From sequence record PV662128.1: a stretch of 64,000 nucleotides of DNA; one strand, given 5' to 3'. Numbering within the stretch: position 1 is the stretch's first letter; every line of letters begins with the position of its first letter. This document shows positions 1 to 8,697 of the stretch, piece after piece. The notes beneath the pieces were generated by a model that did no database searches, had not been told where the DNA came from, and saw nothing but the letters and a program-made list of their open reading frames with translations. A program made the translations under genes and the position numbers.

Positions 1-52
1 CTGCAGTAGGGATATTTTTACATATCGTCTGGCAACTCCTGAAATATAAAGG

Positions 53-409
53 ATGGAAATAATGGGAATATTCTACGCCGGATTAATCCTTATTACTGGC
101 CTTTTATTCGGGGTGGGATACTTGCTCTTTAAAAAGAGAAAAGACCCGCAGCTGGTATACTGGGACGACTGGATAAAACTTCATTGGAAGAAGTTTTTAA
201 TTGTCTTAATGATCTCGCTGGGTGTTTATACTCTAATTTGTATCAAGCCCCTTTACCACACAACCAAATGTTACTTCTACGGTAAAACGTATAAGACATA
301 CACCGAATACAGTTGGATTCTTGGTGAGTGTTTGTATAAAGGTAAGACTGGGGCGATGTTACCTTTGCAGATCACTCGGGATAATCCAGACGGAGACGTC
401 GAGGAGTAG
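53..409 (+). CDS. hypothetical membrane protein
   Basis: 118-aa ORF with upstream GGA; two hydrophobic segments (IFYAGLILITGLLFGVGYLLF; FLIVLMISLGVYTLICI). Confidence 0.7.
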   Translation: MEIMGIFYAGLILITGLLFGVGYLLFKKRKDPQLVYWDDWIKLHWKKFLIVLMISLGVYTLICIKPLYHTTKCYFYGKTYKTYTEYSWILGECLYKGKTGAMLPLQITRDNPDGDVEE

Positions 410-412
410 AAC

Positions 413-850
413 ATGATTTGGGTAAAACAAGCCTGTTCGTTATGGTACGAAAAAAGAACATTGAAGGACTGGGGGGAGATCCTTACTTTTATTAGTATGT
501 TCTGTCTGATTGTAACACTATGTGCAAGTTTTGCAACTAGTTCTGTTCTTTGGCTAACATTGTGTGCGATCAATATAGTACTGATGATTTCTTTAGGGCC
601 TTTGTTCGACTGGTTACACAAAAACAAATCCACGATCGTAATGAGGGTGGAGCGCGAAAGGATGTTAAAAGATCCTTTCGATAGCATGATCCACGCTTAT
701 TTAGAAACCGACGGCGCTGATATTGAAGAACTGTTGGACGTACTGCGAATGGATTCGTTTACGTTACACAATCAAATTAAAAACGCGGAGCTTAAAAGTA
801 GGGTATCTGACGCTATCGCCAAGATGCGGCAAAAACAAAGCTCAAATTAA
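413..850 (+). CDS. hypothetical membrane protein
   Basis: 145 aa, GAGGAG upstream, 3 nt after the previous stop; two hydrophobic segments then a helical C-terminus. Confidence 0.7.
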   Translation: MIWVKQACSLWYEKRTLKDWGEILTFISMFCLIVTLCASFATSSVLWLTLCAINIVLMISLGPLFDWLHKNKSTIVMRVERERMLKDPFDSMIHAYLETDGADIEELLDVLRMDSFTLHNQIKNAELKSRVSDAIAKMRQKQSSN

Positions 851-862
851 TTAGGAAAACAA

Positions 863-1726
863 ATGAAAACAGCAGAACAACAGTATTTGGATTTAGGGTC
901 TCGCATTGTCGAAGAAGGCGTGTGGGTAGAGAACAAACGAACCGGCGTTCGTTGTCTAACTGTGGCCAATGAAACTCTTCATTACGACGTGGAAAACGGA
1001 CGGACTCCTGTTCTCTCCACTCGCCCCGTCCCTTATAAAGGAGGGTTAGGGGAATTCATCGCTTACCTGCAAGGGAAAGGGAACGCTGCTGAATTCCGCG
1101 AACTGGGTTCCAACACCTGGAACTCTAATGCCAATGAGAACGAAGCCTGGTTGAAAAATCCTAACCGTAAAGGCGAGGATGACATGGGTCGAGTCTATGG
1201 TGTTCAAGGGCGGGATTGGACTAACCAATTCGGAGCGAAGCTGGACCAGCTGAAGAAAATCATTGACAACCTTAATCGGGGAATTGATGATCGCGGAGAG
1301 ATTCTGTCTTTCTGGAATCCCGGGGAATTTGATTATGGGTGTTTGCGTCCGTGTATGCATACACACCAGTTTACATTACTCGGTAATAAACTCCACCTTA
1401 CCTCAATTCAAAGATCGGCGGATTGGGCGTTAGGTTTAACATCAAATATGCTCCAGTGTTATTTCTTGCTACAACTGATGTCGCAGGTTACTGGATATAC
1501 CGCAGGTCAGGTCACTCATCATGTGATCAACGCGCATATCTACGAGAACCAACTGGAGTTGGCTAAAGAGCAACTCAAAAGGACCCCTCACCGAACAGAC
1601 ACTCAGTTCTGGGTTAATCCAAATATCCGCACCCTGGAAGATATCGATAAGATGACTAAGCATGACGTCAAACTCATCGGTTACTTCAGCGATTATGATC
1701 CGATTGTTTATCCGTTCACGGTGTAA
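863..1726 (+). CDS. thyA: thymidylate synthase
   Basis: ThyA motifs: GRVYGVQGR, catalytic LRPCMHTHQF, QRSADWALGLTSN (Asn typical of dUMP specificity), AHIYENQ. Confidence 0.95.
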   Translation: MKTAEQQYLDLGSRIVEEGVWVENKRTGVRCLTVANETLHYDVENGRTPVLSTRPVPYKGGLGEFIAYLQGKGNAAEFRELGSNTWNSNANENEAWLKNPNRKGEDDMGRVYGVQGRDWTNQFGAKLDQLKKIIDNLNRGIDDRGEILSFWNPGEFDYGCLRPCMHTHQFTLLGNKLHLTSIQRSADWALGLTSNMLQCYFLLQLMSQVTGYTAGQVTHHVINAHIYENQLELAKEQLKRTPHRTDTQFWVNPNIRTLEDIDKMTKHDVKLIGYFSDYDPIVYPFTV

Positions 1727-1787
1727 GGTAAACTTACTTTCCGGTTAGTTTATTTACAACTCATCGTCCTCCTATTGGTTAAACACT

Positions 1788-1821
1788 TTATTCTACTCGG
1801 GGAAATCCCCGAGTAGAATAA
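1788..1821 (+). terminator. intergenic hairpin, probable intrinsic terminator
   Basis: 15-bp perfect stem TTATTCTACTCGGGG / CCCCGAGTAGAATAA with AAAT loop, after thyA. Confidence 0.75.
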
Positions 1822-1888
1822 TTAACTTATAGAAAATATAACCTCTACATTATTAATTTGTAATCACCAACTGTTAAGGAAAGACATC

Positions 1889-2371
1889 ATGAAGCTAGTT
1901 AATCAAAAAGTTTATATCGTTAAGCCAGGCGATACGCTGTCGGAGATAGCAAACCATTTTTGTGGGGCTCCGGCCATCGGATACGATATAGCTGAGGACA
2001 ACGGTATAGTTAACGCCGGACTCATCTATCAAGGGCAAAGAATCTGGATAAGGGAGGAATTCCTAAAGGAAGAATTTAAGGGCGCTCCTAATGCCCAACC
2101 CAAAGAAGAACCTTTCAGAGAAGGGCAGCATGTTCAGATCACCCCATCGGGTAAATTAACAAGACTGGATCTTCATGACTTGTGTTGGAATACCGAACCA
2201 TTAGCTAAGGGTTTCTTCGTGATTGTCGAGATACATCCAAATAAGACAGAGCTTTTAGTGCAAGATAATAAGAACCATCATTATTACTTCAATCTAAATG
2301 AATTGAAGGAACTTGTTCGGGTTCGTGGGGCGATAGAAATTTCCCCTAATCGTTTTATGCCGTTTAGCTAA
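1889..2371 (+). CDS. LysM-domain protein
   Basis: N-terminal LysM signature YIVKPGDTLSEIA...IAEDNGIVNAGLIYQGQRIWI; C-terminal part unassigned. Confidence 0.85.
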   Translation: MKLVNQKVYIVKPGDTLSEIANHFCGAPAIGYDIAEDNGIVNAGLIYQGQRIWIREEFLKEEFKGAPNAQPKEEPFREGQHVQITPSGKLTRLDLHDLCWNTEPLAKGFFVIVEIHPNKTELLVQDNKNHHYYFNLNELKELVRVRGAIEISPNRFMPFS

Positions 2372-2386
2372 ATCCCCGAGGTTCAC

Positions 2387-2785
2387 ATGAAAAAGATTAT
2401 GATCTACACAGTCCCAAGGTCAAGCTTCTTAGGGGTTCCTCTAAAAGAAAAACTTTTAAAAGAGTTGGAAGTGACCTACGGTTATCTCTTTGATGTACAG
2501 GAAATAACCGAAATGGGGATTGAACTAACAGCGCACGAATTCCTCATCTCTGATGAAGGATTCAATATTCTCGCTAAGGAGTGGGAGGGTCAATTTGAGG
2601 ATCCGGAGATTCACAAGATGGAGGACGTTTATATGTTCCCGTCCGATCTACTTAAAGGTGCTTTAAATAAACTAAAAGAAGTCAAGGAGCTCTTTACTAT
2701 CAGAGTCGTGACTTTCCTTTTATGTTTGCCGGAAGAAACAGCAGTTTTAATCGAAGCTCAACCCGTCGAAGAAGAAGACGAATAA
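2387..2785 (+). CDS. hypothetical acidic protein
   Basis: 132-aa ORF with GAGG upstream, packed in the + strand run. Confidence 0.7.
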   Translation: MKKIMIYTVPRSSFLGVPLKEKLLKELEVTYGYLFDVQEITEMGIELTAHEFLISDEGFNILAKEWEGQFEDPEIHKMEDVYMFPSDLLKGALNKLKEVKELFTIRVVTFLLCLPEETAVLIEAQPVEEEDE

Positions 2786-2800
2786 CTTTAGGAGATAATC

Positions 2801-3211
2801 ATGGGAACAAGATTGTCTTTCAACAAAATTAAAAGGGTTCCTGAAGCGGATAAGGTGTATCCCTTTCCCGACAATAAGTTCGATGACATCCTTGACGAAC
2901 TTATTTGGTTACGGGTGTTTTCTCACGACAAGGAAGTTAGACCGGAGATCTTTCAATTCTCAGGAACGCCCAATATCGTTTATTGCCTTTTGGACTGGAT
3001 CGTCGATAAAAAACTTTGTTCTTCTATAAAGGATGTGGAAATCCCATTCTCCATGTGGTTTAGTGAAAATGATTTAATTGAATTCACCGATTTTTCTCGT
3101 ACTTGGTCCGGATGGGGAAGGGATGAAAAACAATTCGTTTTGAACACGTTATTTTCTGTAAGGGCTAAAATCAATTACTCCACCCACCATCTTGTCGTTC
3201 AATATGCTTAA
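2801..3211 (+). CDS. hypothetical protein
   Basis: 136-aa ORF, AGGAG Shine-Dalgarno. Confidence 0.75.
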   Translation: MGTRLSFNKIKRVPEADKVYPFPDNKFDDILDELIWLRVFSHDKEVRPEIFQFSGTPNIVYCLLDWIVDKKLCSSIKDVEIPFSMWFSENDLIEFTDFSRTWSGWGRDEKQFVLNTLFSVRAKINYSTHHLVVQYA

Positions 3212-3223
3212 AGGAAGTCTATC

Positions 3224-3601
3224 ATGTACGATGTTACCGTTTATCATTGTTCCAGACAAGAACTGGAAGAGAAAGATCAGGATTTCTTCGAGGACCTGAC
3301 CAAGAATGAAGGTTGGGTTGCCGACATCGAAGACATTGAAATGGCGCTAGGTTCCAGGGATGGTTGCATTGAAGGTCAAGAATTCAGATTACCCGTCTCT
3401 GCTTTGGATATCCTGGAAATGAAATGGGAAGAGCGTTTTGACAAAGGCATTTGTCTGGCGCCGGCTATTTACTATTTCTCGCCCGAATGCATTGAATCTG
3501 TATGTCGTGATCTTTCCGATCATGGTACTCGGCAGGCCGCTCTCTTAGCGGAGTACCTGCGGGACATCCCCGATACCGAAATTGTCGTTATCGAAATCTA
3601 A
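3224..3601 (+). CDS. hypothetical acidic protein
   Basis: 125-aa ORF, AAGGA upstream, followed by a hairpin. Confidence 0.75.
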   Translation: MYDVTVYHCSRQELEEKDQDFFEDLTKNEGWVADIEDIEMALGSRDGCIEGQEFRLPVSALDILEMKWEERFDKGICLAPAIYYFSPECIESVCRDLSDHGTRQAALLAEYLRDIPDTEIVVIEI

Positions 3602-3628
3602 TTGCTGTGTAGTTGTGGTAGTTCTTTT

Positions 3629-3646
3629 GGGGGCCTTCGGGCCCTC
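3629..3646 (+). terminator. C(UUCG)G hairpin, probable terminator
   Basis: GGGGGCC-TTCG-GGCCCTC followed by CTTTTT. Confidence 0.6.
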
Positions 3647-3663
3647 CTTTTTAAGGGGTTAAA

Positions 3664-4104
3664 ATGCACGACGACAAAAATATCTATAACCACACTGCAT
3701 ACATCAACGATAACTACGTTGAGAAAAATGGGTGTGTGGAGGTTACATTATTTTCTTACGAAACTTTCGAAATCTATCAGCAGGTTGTTTTCGATTGGGT
3801 TAAGAAAAACCATACAGTAAAGCTGGAACTTTATCGTGGGTTATCTGACCCAGAAACTCCGGTCAACGTTTGTGGGATCGTTTCTAACATTCGTATCAAT
3901 CCTCTCGACTTCACAGTAACGGGTACCATTAAACCAAGCGGAAGAATGCAGAGTACGCTGATCGACACCATTAAGCGTAAACATCCCATCACCACCAGAA
4001 TGCGTGGGATATTCACCGATGGACGCTCAGGCTATCGCTGTATAGAAATCAAAGGTCTCATCTTAATGGCCGGATTCAGTGCTTTCCGTAAGCGTATTTT
4101 TTAA
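3664..4104 (+). CDS. hypothetical protein
   Basis: 146-aa ORF, AAGGGG upstream. Confidence 0.7.
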   Translation: MHDDKNIYNHTAYINDNYVEKNGCVEVTLFSYETFEIYQQVVFDWVKKNHTVKLELYRGLSDPETPVNVCGIVSNIRINPLDFTVTGTIKPSGRMQSTLIDTIKRKHPITTRMRGIFTDGRSGYRCIEIKGLILMAGFSAFRKRIF

Positions 4105-4191
4105 CATGTAAAATATTTCAAATCGATATTACTACAGTGTCTCAAACAAATTATTTTAGGTTGTTTTAACATCACTTAGGAGTACGCCCGT

Positions 4192-4566
4192 ATGCGTTAT
4201 CAACATTTCTCTATCGTCTCTTCCAAAGAAGCATTTTCTATTCGCCTTTCTTACATCCTGCAACATCTGAACAAAACAGAAACTCAGCGCTCTATCGCGG
4301 AGTATTGCGGGGTGAGTACGAGTACCATCTCCGCCATCTGCAACGAGCACGTCCAGTACGTATCCCTCAATACGCTGATGAAAATCGCGGATAAACTGAA
4401 ACTTAACTACGAGGTTGTCTTTAAAGGCAATCGCGGTAAAGTCAGTAACTTTGTTACTGTTGAATCCGCCGTGGATTACATGAAGCTCGGGAAGTTGAAC
4501 CCCGTTCGTAAAAATGTGATGAAGGGTAGCTCTCCTGCATTTAAAGGCCGGGTGGCGACGCATTAA
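4192..4566 (+). CDS. XRE-family helix-turn-helix DNA-binding protein
   Basis: TQRSIAEYCGVSTSTISAICNEHVQYVSLNTLMKIADKL fits the XRE/Cro HTH pattern; AGGAG upstream. Confidence 0.8.
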   Translation: MRYQHFSIVSSKEAFSIRLSYILQHLNKTETQRSIAEYCGVSTSTISAICNEHVQYVSLNTLMKIADKLKLNYEVVFKGNRGKVSNFVTVESAVDYMKLGKLNPVRKNVMKGSSPAFKGRVATH

Positions 4567-4571
4567 TCATG

Positions 4572-4595
4572 GTGGGAGTCCGCAAGGGCTCCCAC
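4572..4595 (+). terminator. GNRA-loop hairpin terminator
   Basis: GTGGGAGTCC-GCAA-GGGCTCCCAC followed by a T-rich tract. Confidence 0.7.
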
Positions 4596-4627
4596 GCTAT
4601 TTATTGATTTATTTTTTAGGATAAAAT

Positions 4628-5185
4628 ATGACTATCATCGTAGGTGTTGTAAAAGAGAAGTCGTTAAGTGCGGACCGTTATATACTGGATTACAAGCAGA
4701 TCAACAAAACAGTATCTTCGGTTTCACGTTACACCGAGAGTAAACTAAAAATATCTCCGGACAATCATTTCTGTTATGTCTTCTGTGGCGAACAAAAAGA
4801 AGAGATCGTTCCATTGGTTCTTAACTATTTACTCAGATTCGAAAAAGGTCTAGTAAAGGAAGACGAGTTTATTCATTGTCCGCTCAAATCCTGTGACGCC
4901 CTCATTGTCATGTCCGCGAGACATTTTTATTCAATTCAGTTAAATGAAAAACAGGGTGTTTTAGAAGTTCAAATTCGTTTGGATGGTGCGGTCACCTATC
5001 CCTTTTTAAACAACCATATGGTCGCCGGTCTCGATCTCCCAGGGGAAGTAATTCTCCAAGCACTGATGGAAGCCAATCTCATTCTCCACACCGATGAAAA
5101 TGAAGTTGACGTGGTCCATCAAAAAGACCTCACTCTTATTAAGAAAGCCACCAAAAAGGAAATTAAAAATGCTCTTTTATCTTAA
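4628..5185 (+). CDS. hypothetical protein, possible Ntn-hydrolase (HslV/proteasome-beta-like) fold
   Basis: N-terminus M-TIIVGVVKEKSLSADR resembles the T-x-I-V-G...A-D-x start of Ntn peptidases; motif-level resemblance only. Confidence 0.4.
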   Translation: MTIIVGVVKEKSLSADRYILDYKQINKTVSSVSRYTESKLKISPDNHFCYVFCGEQKEEIVPLVLNYLLRFEKGLVKEDEFIHCPLKSCDALIVMSARHFYSIQLNEKQGVLEVQIRLDGAVTYPFLNNHMVAGLDLPGEVILQALMEANLILHTDENEVDVVHQKDLTLIKKATKKEIKNALLS

Positions 5186-5627
5186 CAAGCGGGTTATCGT
5201 CGACAGCGTAGCAAACATCTTTATGTTAGCGGACGATACCCCTCACGTCGAGTTCTTATTGGATGGTGACAAACGATGGGCCTTCATCCCCTATCATGAA
5301 AATAACGCCAGTTCGTTATCTGCGGTCATCTCAGTGAATGAACACGGTGTTTGTTATAACGCACATTTCAACTATAAAACGTTAAGTCTCGATCGTCGAA
5401 TCCCCCTGCCTTCTAATTTGTTAAAAGCCTTTCAAACGGGGGGAGACTCCGACTACTGTAACAACATGCACGTAGCTAAGGCCGCTTTCTATCACTATAA
5501 CTGCACCTTTGACGAATTCCAAGCATTGCTAAATAAATCAGGCAGACAGTACAAAATGTTTGATTTATTAACGGTCTCTAAAAGACTTAAGACGATGCAA
5601 CCGGAACAATTTAACTGGGTTATTTAA
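5169..5627 (+). CDS. hypothetical protein
   Basis: Start moved from 5094 to the ATG at 5169 (MLFYLNK), which overlaps the upstream stop and has AAGGA upstream. Confidence 0.65.
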   Translation: MLFYLNKRVIVDSVANIFMLADDTPHVEFLLDGDKRWAFIPYHENNASSLSAVISVNEHGVCYNAHFNYKTLSLDRRIPLPSNLLKAFQTGGDSDYCNNMHVAKAAFYHYNCTFDEFQALLNKSGRQYKMFDLLTVSKRLKTMQPEQFNWVI

Positions 5628-5718
5628 AACCAAGATTCCTATTATACGTTAAAGAATTTTGGATCTATATCACCTTCTTGATGCACTAACCATAATCTTT
5701 TTTAGGAGTATTAACATC

Positions 5719-7296
5719 GTGAACGTTCGTGGCGTGAAAGTAAAAGCAGAAACCCGTCAAATTATTGATAACACCGTAGAGCTCGTTGCAACCGCGGTAA
5801 CCTCGACCATGGGCCCTAACGGCAAACTGGTTGTTATTGACGAAACGGGCAATCCTAAAATGACAAAGGATGGAGTGACAGTCGCCCGGTCCATTCGTTT
5901 GGATGATCGGGCAATGGACATCATCGCCAAGATGATCACCGAAGCCTCAATCAAAACGGATGCCGAATGTGGCGATGGGACAACAACGACGGTATTCTTA
6001 ACAAGGGCGTTTTATAATGCCTTTAAGGATAAACTGGATTTCATGACCAAACGCCGGGTGGAAGAGTTAACCAAAGAAACGATCGAAATGCTCAAAGTAA
6101 TGACGAAGGTTATTTCTCTTGACAGCCCAGTGCTTCACAATCTGGCGTTAACAACCAGTAATAACGATCTGGATATCGTGGATAAACTCTACGGCATCTT
6201 TAAGACCATACCTGATCCCATGATTGATTATCGTCGGGGTGTAACAGGGATTGACGAGATCGAATACAGTAAGGGTAAGGAATTCACAGGCGGGTACGCG
6301 CACCCCACTTTCACTAAAGATGGAAGTGGAAGCCCGATTACGATCGAATCGGGTTATGCATGCATCTTTGAAGGGAAGTTCAGTATTCTGGATGACGAGT
6401 CGGAGTTCCTGAAACTCTTCGATGAAATCGCTGGAAGAGGGTATCGTCAGACTATCGTGATCGCGCGTGAATTCGACGAGCACACCCTGATGGTGATGAA
6501 CAAAATGAATCACGTTATGCTGACGCAGAAACTAGTGGAGGAACCGGTTTTCATTCCTGTGAGGGTTCAGGCTATCGGAACAGCGGGCGTGGGGATTATT
6601 GGTGATATCGCAACCGTACTGGGGTTAAGTCCTGATGTGGACTATTTAGGTTGGAAGTCTCGTGACTATGAGGTGCGCTATATTGAAAACATTACGGTAA
6701 AGGGCGCTGTATTCTTTGTGGGTAGTGTATCCGATGAAGTCTCGGAACGCACCGCAAAACGTATTGGACAGATTAAAGATCAAATCGAGAATCTGCCAGC
6801 TGCTCAGAAGCACACCCCTTTGGCTAAGATCCTAAGGCACCGTATCTCTACGTTGATGGGTAACCGAGTGACGGTAACTGTTGGAGGAGAAACCGCTTCC
6901 GATATCAAAGAGCGTCTGGATCGCTTTGAAGACGTTGGGCGTGCAATCGCTTCGGCTTTGACTAACGGCGTGCTTCCTGGGATCGGGTATTCCCTGGCTT
7001 ACGTTGGTAATGAGTTGGTGAAGAAATATCCTGGTGATTCTATAGTGAAACTGTACGCCGATGTATTGGGCGAACAGCTTCACATGCTGATGGGTCGGGA
7101 ATTTAATGATCCTGAATTAGTCTATGTTAATCTGGCTACTGGGGAAACCGGTAAGCACCCTCAGGACATCAATGTCTGGGATGCGCAGTTAGCCACAGTC
7201 ACCGCATTAAGGGCCGGTGTCAGCACCGCCATCTCTTTGGCAACTACTGATACGTTAATTATCGGTAGTCGTGCGGGTGGTGCGGATATTCCCTGA
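5719..7296 (+). CDS. groEL: phage GroEL-like chaperonin
   Basis: STMGPNGKLVVID, TKDGVTVARSI, ATP-binding GDGTTT, VTVGGETASDIKERLDRFED, GVLPGIG; GTG start at 5719 after AGGAG (track start 5659). Confidence 0.93.
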   Translation: MNVRGVKVKAETRQIIDNTVELVATAVTSTMGPNGKLVVIDETGNPKMTKDGVTVARSIRLDDRAMDIIAKMITEASIKTDAECGDGTTTTVFLTRAFYNAFKDKLDFMTKRRVEELTKETIEMLKVMTKVISLDSPVLHNLALTTSNNDLDIVDKLYGIFKTIPDPMIDYRRGVTGIDEIEYSKGKEFTGGYAHPTFTKDGSGSPITIESGYACIFEGKFSILDDESEFLKLFDEIAGRGYRQTIVIAREFDEHTLMVMNKMNHVMLTQKLVEEPVFIPVRVQAIGTAGVGIIGDIATVLGLSPDVDYLGWKSRDYEVRYIENITVKGAVFFVGSVSDEVSERTAKRIGQIKDQIENLPAAQKHTPLAKILRHRISTLMGNRVTVTVGGETASDIKERLDRFEDVGRAIASALTNGVLPGIGYSLAYVGNELVKKYPGDSIVKLYADVLGEQLHMLMGREFNDPELVYVNLATGETGKHPQDINVWDAQLATVTALRAGVSTAISLATTDTLIIGSRAGGADIP

Positions 7297-7305
7297 TGCA
7301 TTTTA

Positions 7306-7323
7306 GGGGAAGGAAACTTCCCC
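7306..7323 (+). terminator. short GAAA-loop hairpin
   Basis: GGGGAAG-GAAA-CTTCCCC just after the groEL stop. Confidence 0.55.
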
Positions 7324-7338
7324 ATTGGGAGAATTTTT

Positions 7339-7596
7339 ATGGGCGTTAGCACTTCGTCAATTAAAAATTCTAATAATAGACAACATAATAATTACAGCGA
7401 TTCATCCTCCGCTCCGATTCAATTGGATCGTTCGGGGGAAATTATCGACACCAGAACTAAACTAACGGTCACTGGTGAAATTCCTCTTCGAAAGTTACCC
7501 ACTTTCTCAAACCCACCGCAAAGAACAATAAGAGACGATAAAAAACCTTCATCACTCTGGGGGATGGTTAGAGCTCTGTTCTTTGTATTCATGTGA
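7339..7596 (+). CDS. hypothetical protein
   Basis: 85-aa ORF between two hairpins, GGGAG upstream, hydrophobic C-terminus. Confidence 0.55.
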   Translation: MGVSTSSIKNSNNRQHNNYSDSSSAPIQLDRSGEIIDTRTKLTVTGEIPLRKLPTFSNPPQRTIRDDKKPSSLWGMVRALFFVFM

Positions 7597-7599
7597 TAC

Positions 7600-7629
7600 T
7601 ATTCCTCTACCCACGTGGGTAGAGGAATA
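7600..7629. terminator. perfect 30-bp palindrome / terminator hairpin
   Basis: TATTCCTCTACCCAC|GTGGGTAGAGGAATA. Confidence 0.75.
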
Positions 7630-7728
7630 ATAACGCTTTTTTATTTTTTAAGGTTATCTCACTCATGGCTAAAATTTATTTCACTTACTCTTCTATTGTA
7701 TAGTAGAAACGCTTATGGGGAAATAGAA

Positions 7729-8697
7729 ATGCCGAAAATTAGTGGCTACAAAGAACATCCGGTAATAAAAAACCTTTTCATCCATCCTACGGAAGATAAT
7801 CACGTCCTGTATGTTAGGAAGAAAAAAGTATCTCGGATAAAGACCCATGTCGGTAAACGCGGATATGTGATTTTTACTATGTGGTTAAATGGGAAATCCA
7901 AGGGTTTTCGCTTCCACAAATTGAAAGCTGAAACGTATCTCAAGAAACCCAGTTCAGACCACACCCTAGTTGTCAATCATAAGGACCATGTTAAGATCAA
8001 TAACGATCTCGATAACCTAGAATGGGGGACTCAGAAAGAGAATGTCGATCATTCATTAAATATCCGTCAAAAACTTTTTCCCCTCTATCGGATAATGGAT
8101 TTGACTACGGGGAGATGGTGTACGGCCGGCAGTCGTAAAGGGGTGATAGAAATGCTAGCTTGCACCCACCGACAACTCTCTAACCATATTAAAGACCCTC
8201 GCTATCCATTGCTCTTCAAGTGGGAGGTAACAAGGAGTTCCACTTGGAATCTTTCAAAAGAGGATGTCGGTAGGTGTAATCCACGAGAGCTTCTTCCTTA
8301 CGTGGTAGAAAAGAATGGCGTCGTTTTTTACCTGGCTACATTAGTTGAAGTTGGTGAATTGACAAAGATTACTAAATACACGATTACAGTTGGTTTAAAA
8401 AATCAGCCGGTTCTGCATGCCAAGGGATTCAGTGTTCGGTTCATTAATTCCTATGAAGAATGGATGAAAACTGTTATTGAGAAATCTTATATTGATACCA
8501 TGTTGAATAGAAGTAAAGGAAATAAAAAACAGATTGAGGTAATAAACGCTCTTACGAAGGAAAAAACCACGCTGAACGGAATTATAGAGTTAATGGAGTT
8601 GACTAATTATTCACGATCTACCATCGACCGGGCAATGAAAAGTATGCGTGAAGACGGATGGGTGACTTTCAAAAATCTAAAGATAAGGTTTATATAA
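7729..8697 (+). CDS. free-standing HNH homing endonuclease
   Basis: VVNHKDHVKINNDLDNLEWGTQKENVDH (I-HmuI-like HNH); C-terminal NUMOD1-like HTH repeats; ATG 7729 with GGGG upstream; stop overlaps the tdk start (TAATG). Confidence 0.88.
   Translation: MPKISGYKEHPVIKNLFIHPTEDNHVLYVRKKKVSRIKTHVGKRGYVIFTMWLNGKSKGFRFHKLKAETYLKKPSSDHTLVVNHKDHVKINNDLDNLEWGTQKENVDHSLNIRQKLFPLYRIMDLTTGRWCTAGSRKGVIEMLACTHRQLSNHIKDPRYPLLFKWEVTRSSTWNLSKEDVGRCNPRELLPYVVEKNGVVFYLATLVEVGELTKITKYTITVGLKNQPVLHAKGFSVRFINSYEEWMKTVIEKSYIDTMLNRSKGNKKQIEVINALTKEKTTLNGIIELMELTNYSRSTIDRAMKSMREDGWVTFKNLKIRFI

Noticed and set aside
863-1726. dCMP/dUMP hydroxymethylase for DNA modification
   Set aside because: Motifs including the specificity Asn match ordinary ThyA, and no glycosyltransferase or other modification genes are adjacent.
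2387-3601. Tandem paralog family among three ~130-aa acidic ORFs
   Set aside because: Similar size and composition, but no shared motif could be aligned by eye.
3602-3820. 72-aa ORF; also a frameshift linking 4628-5185 and 5094-5627
   Set aside because: The first spans a terminator and overlaps the real 3664 gene. The second overlap disappears when the start is set at ATG 5169.
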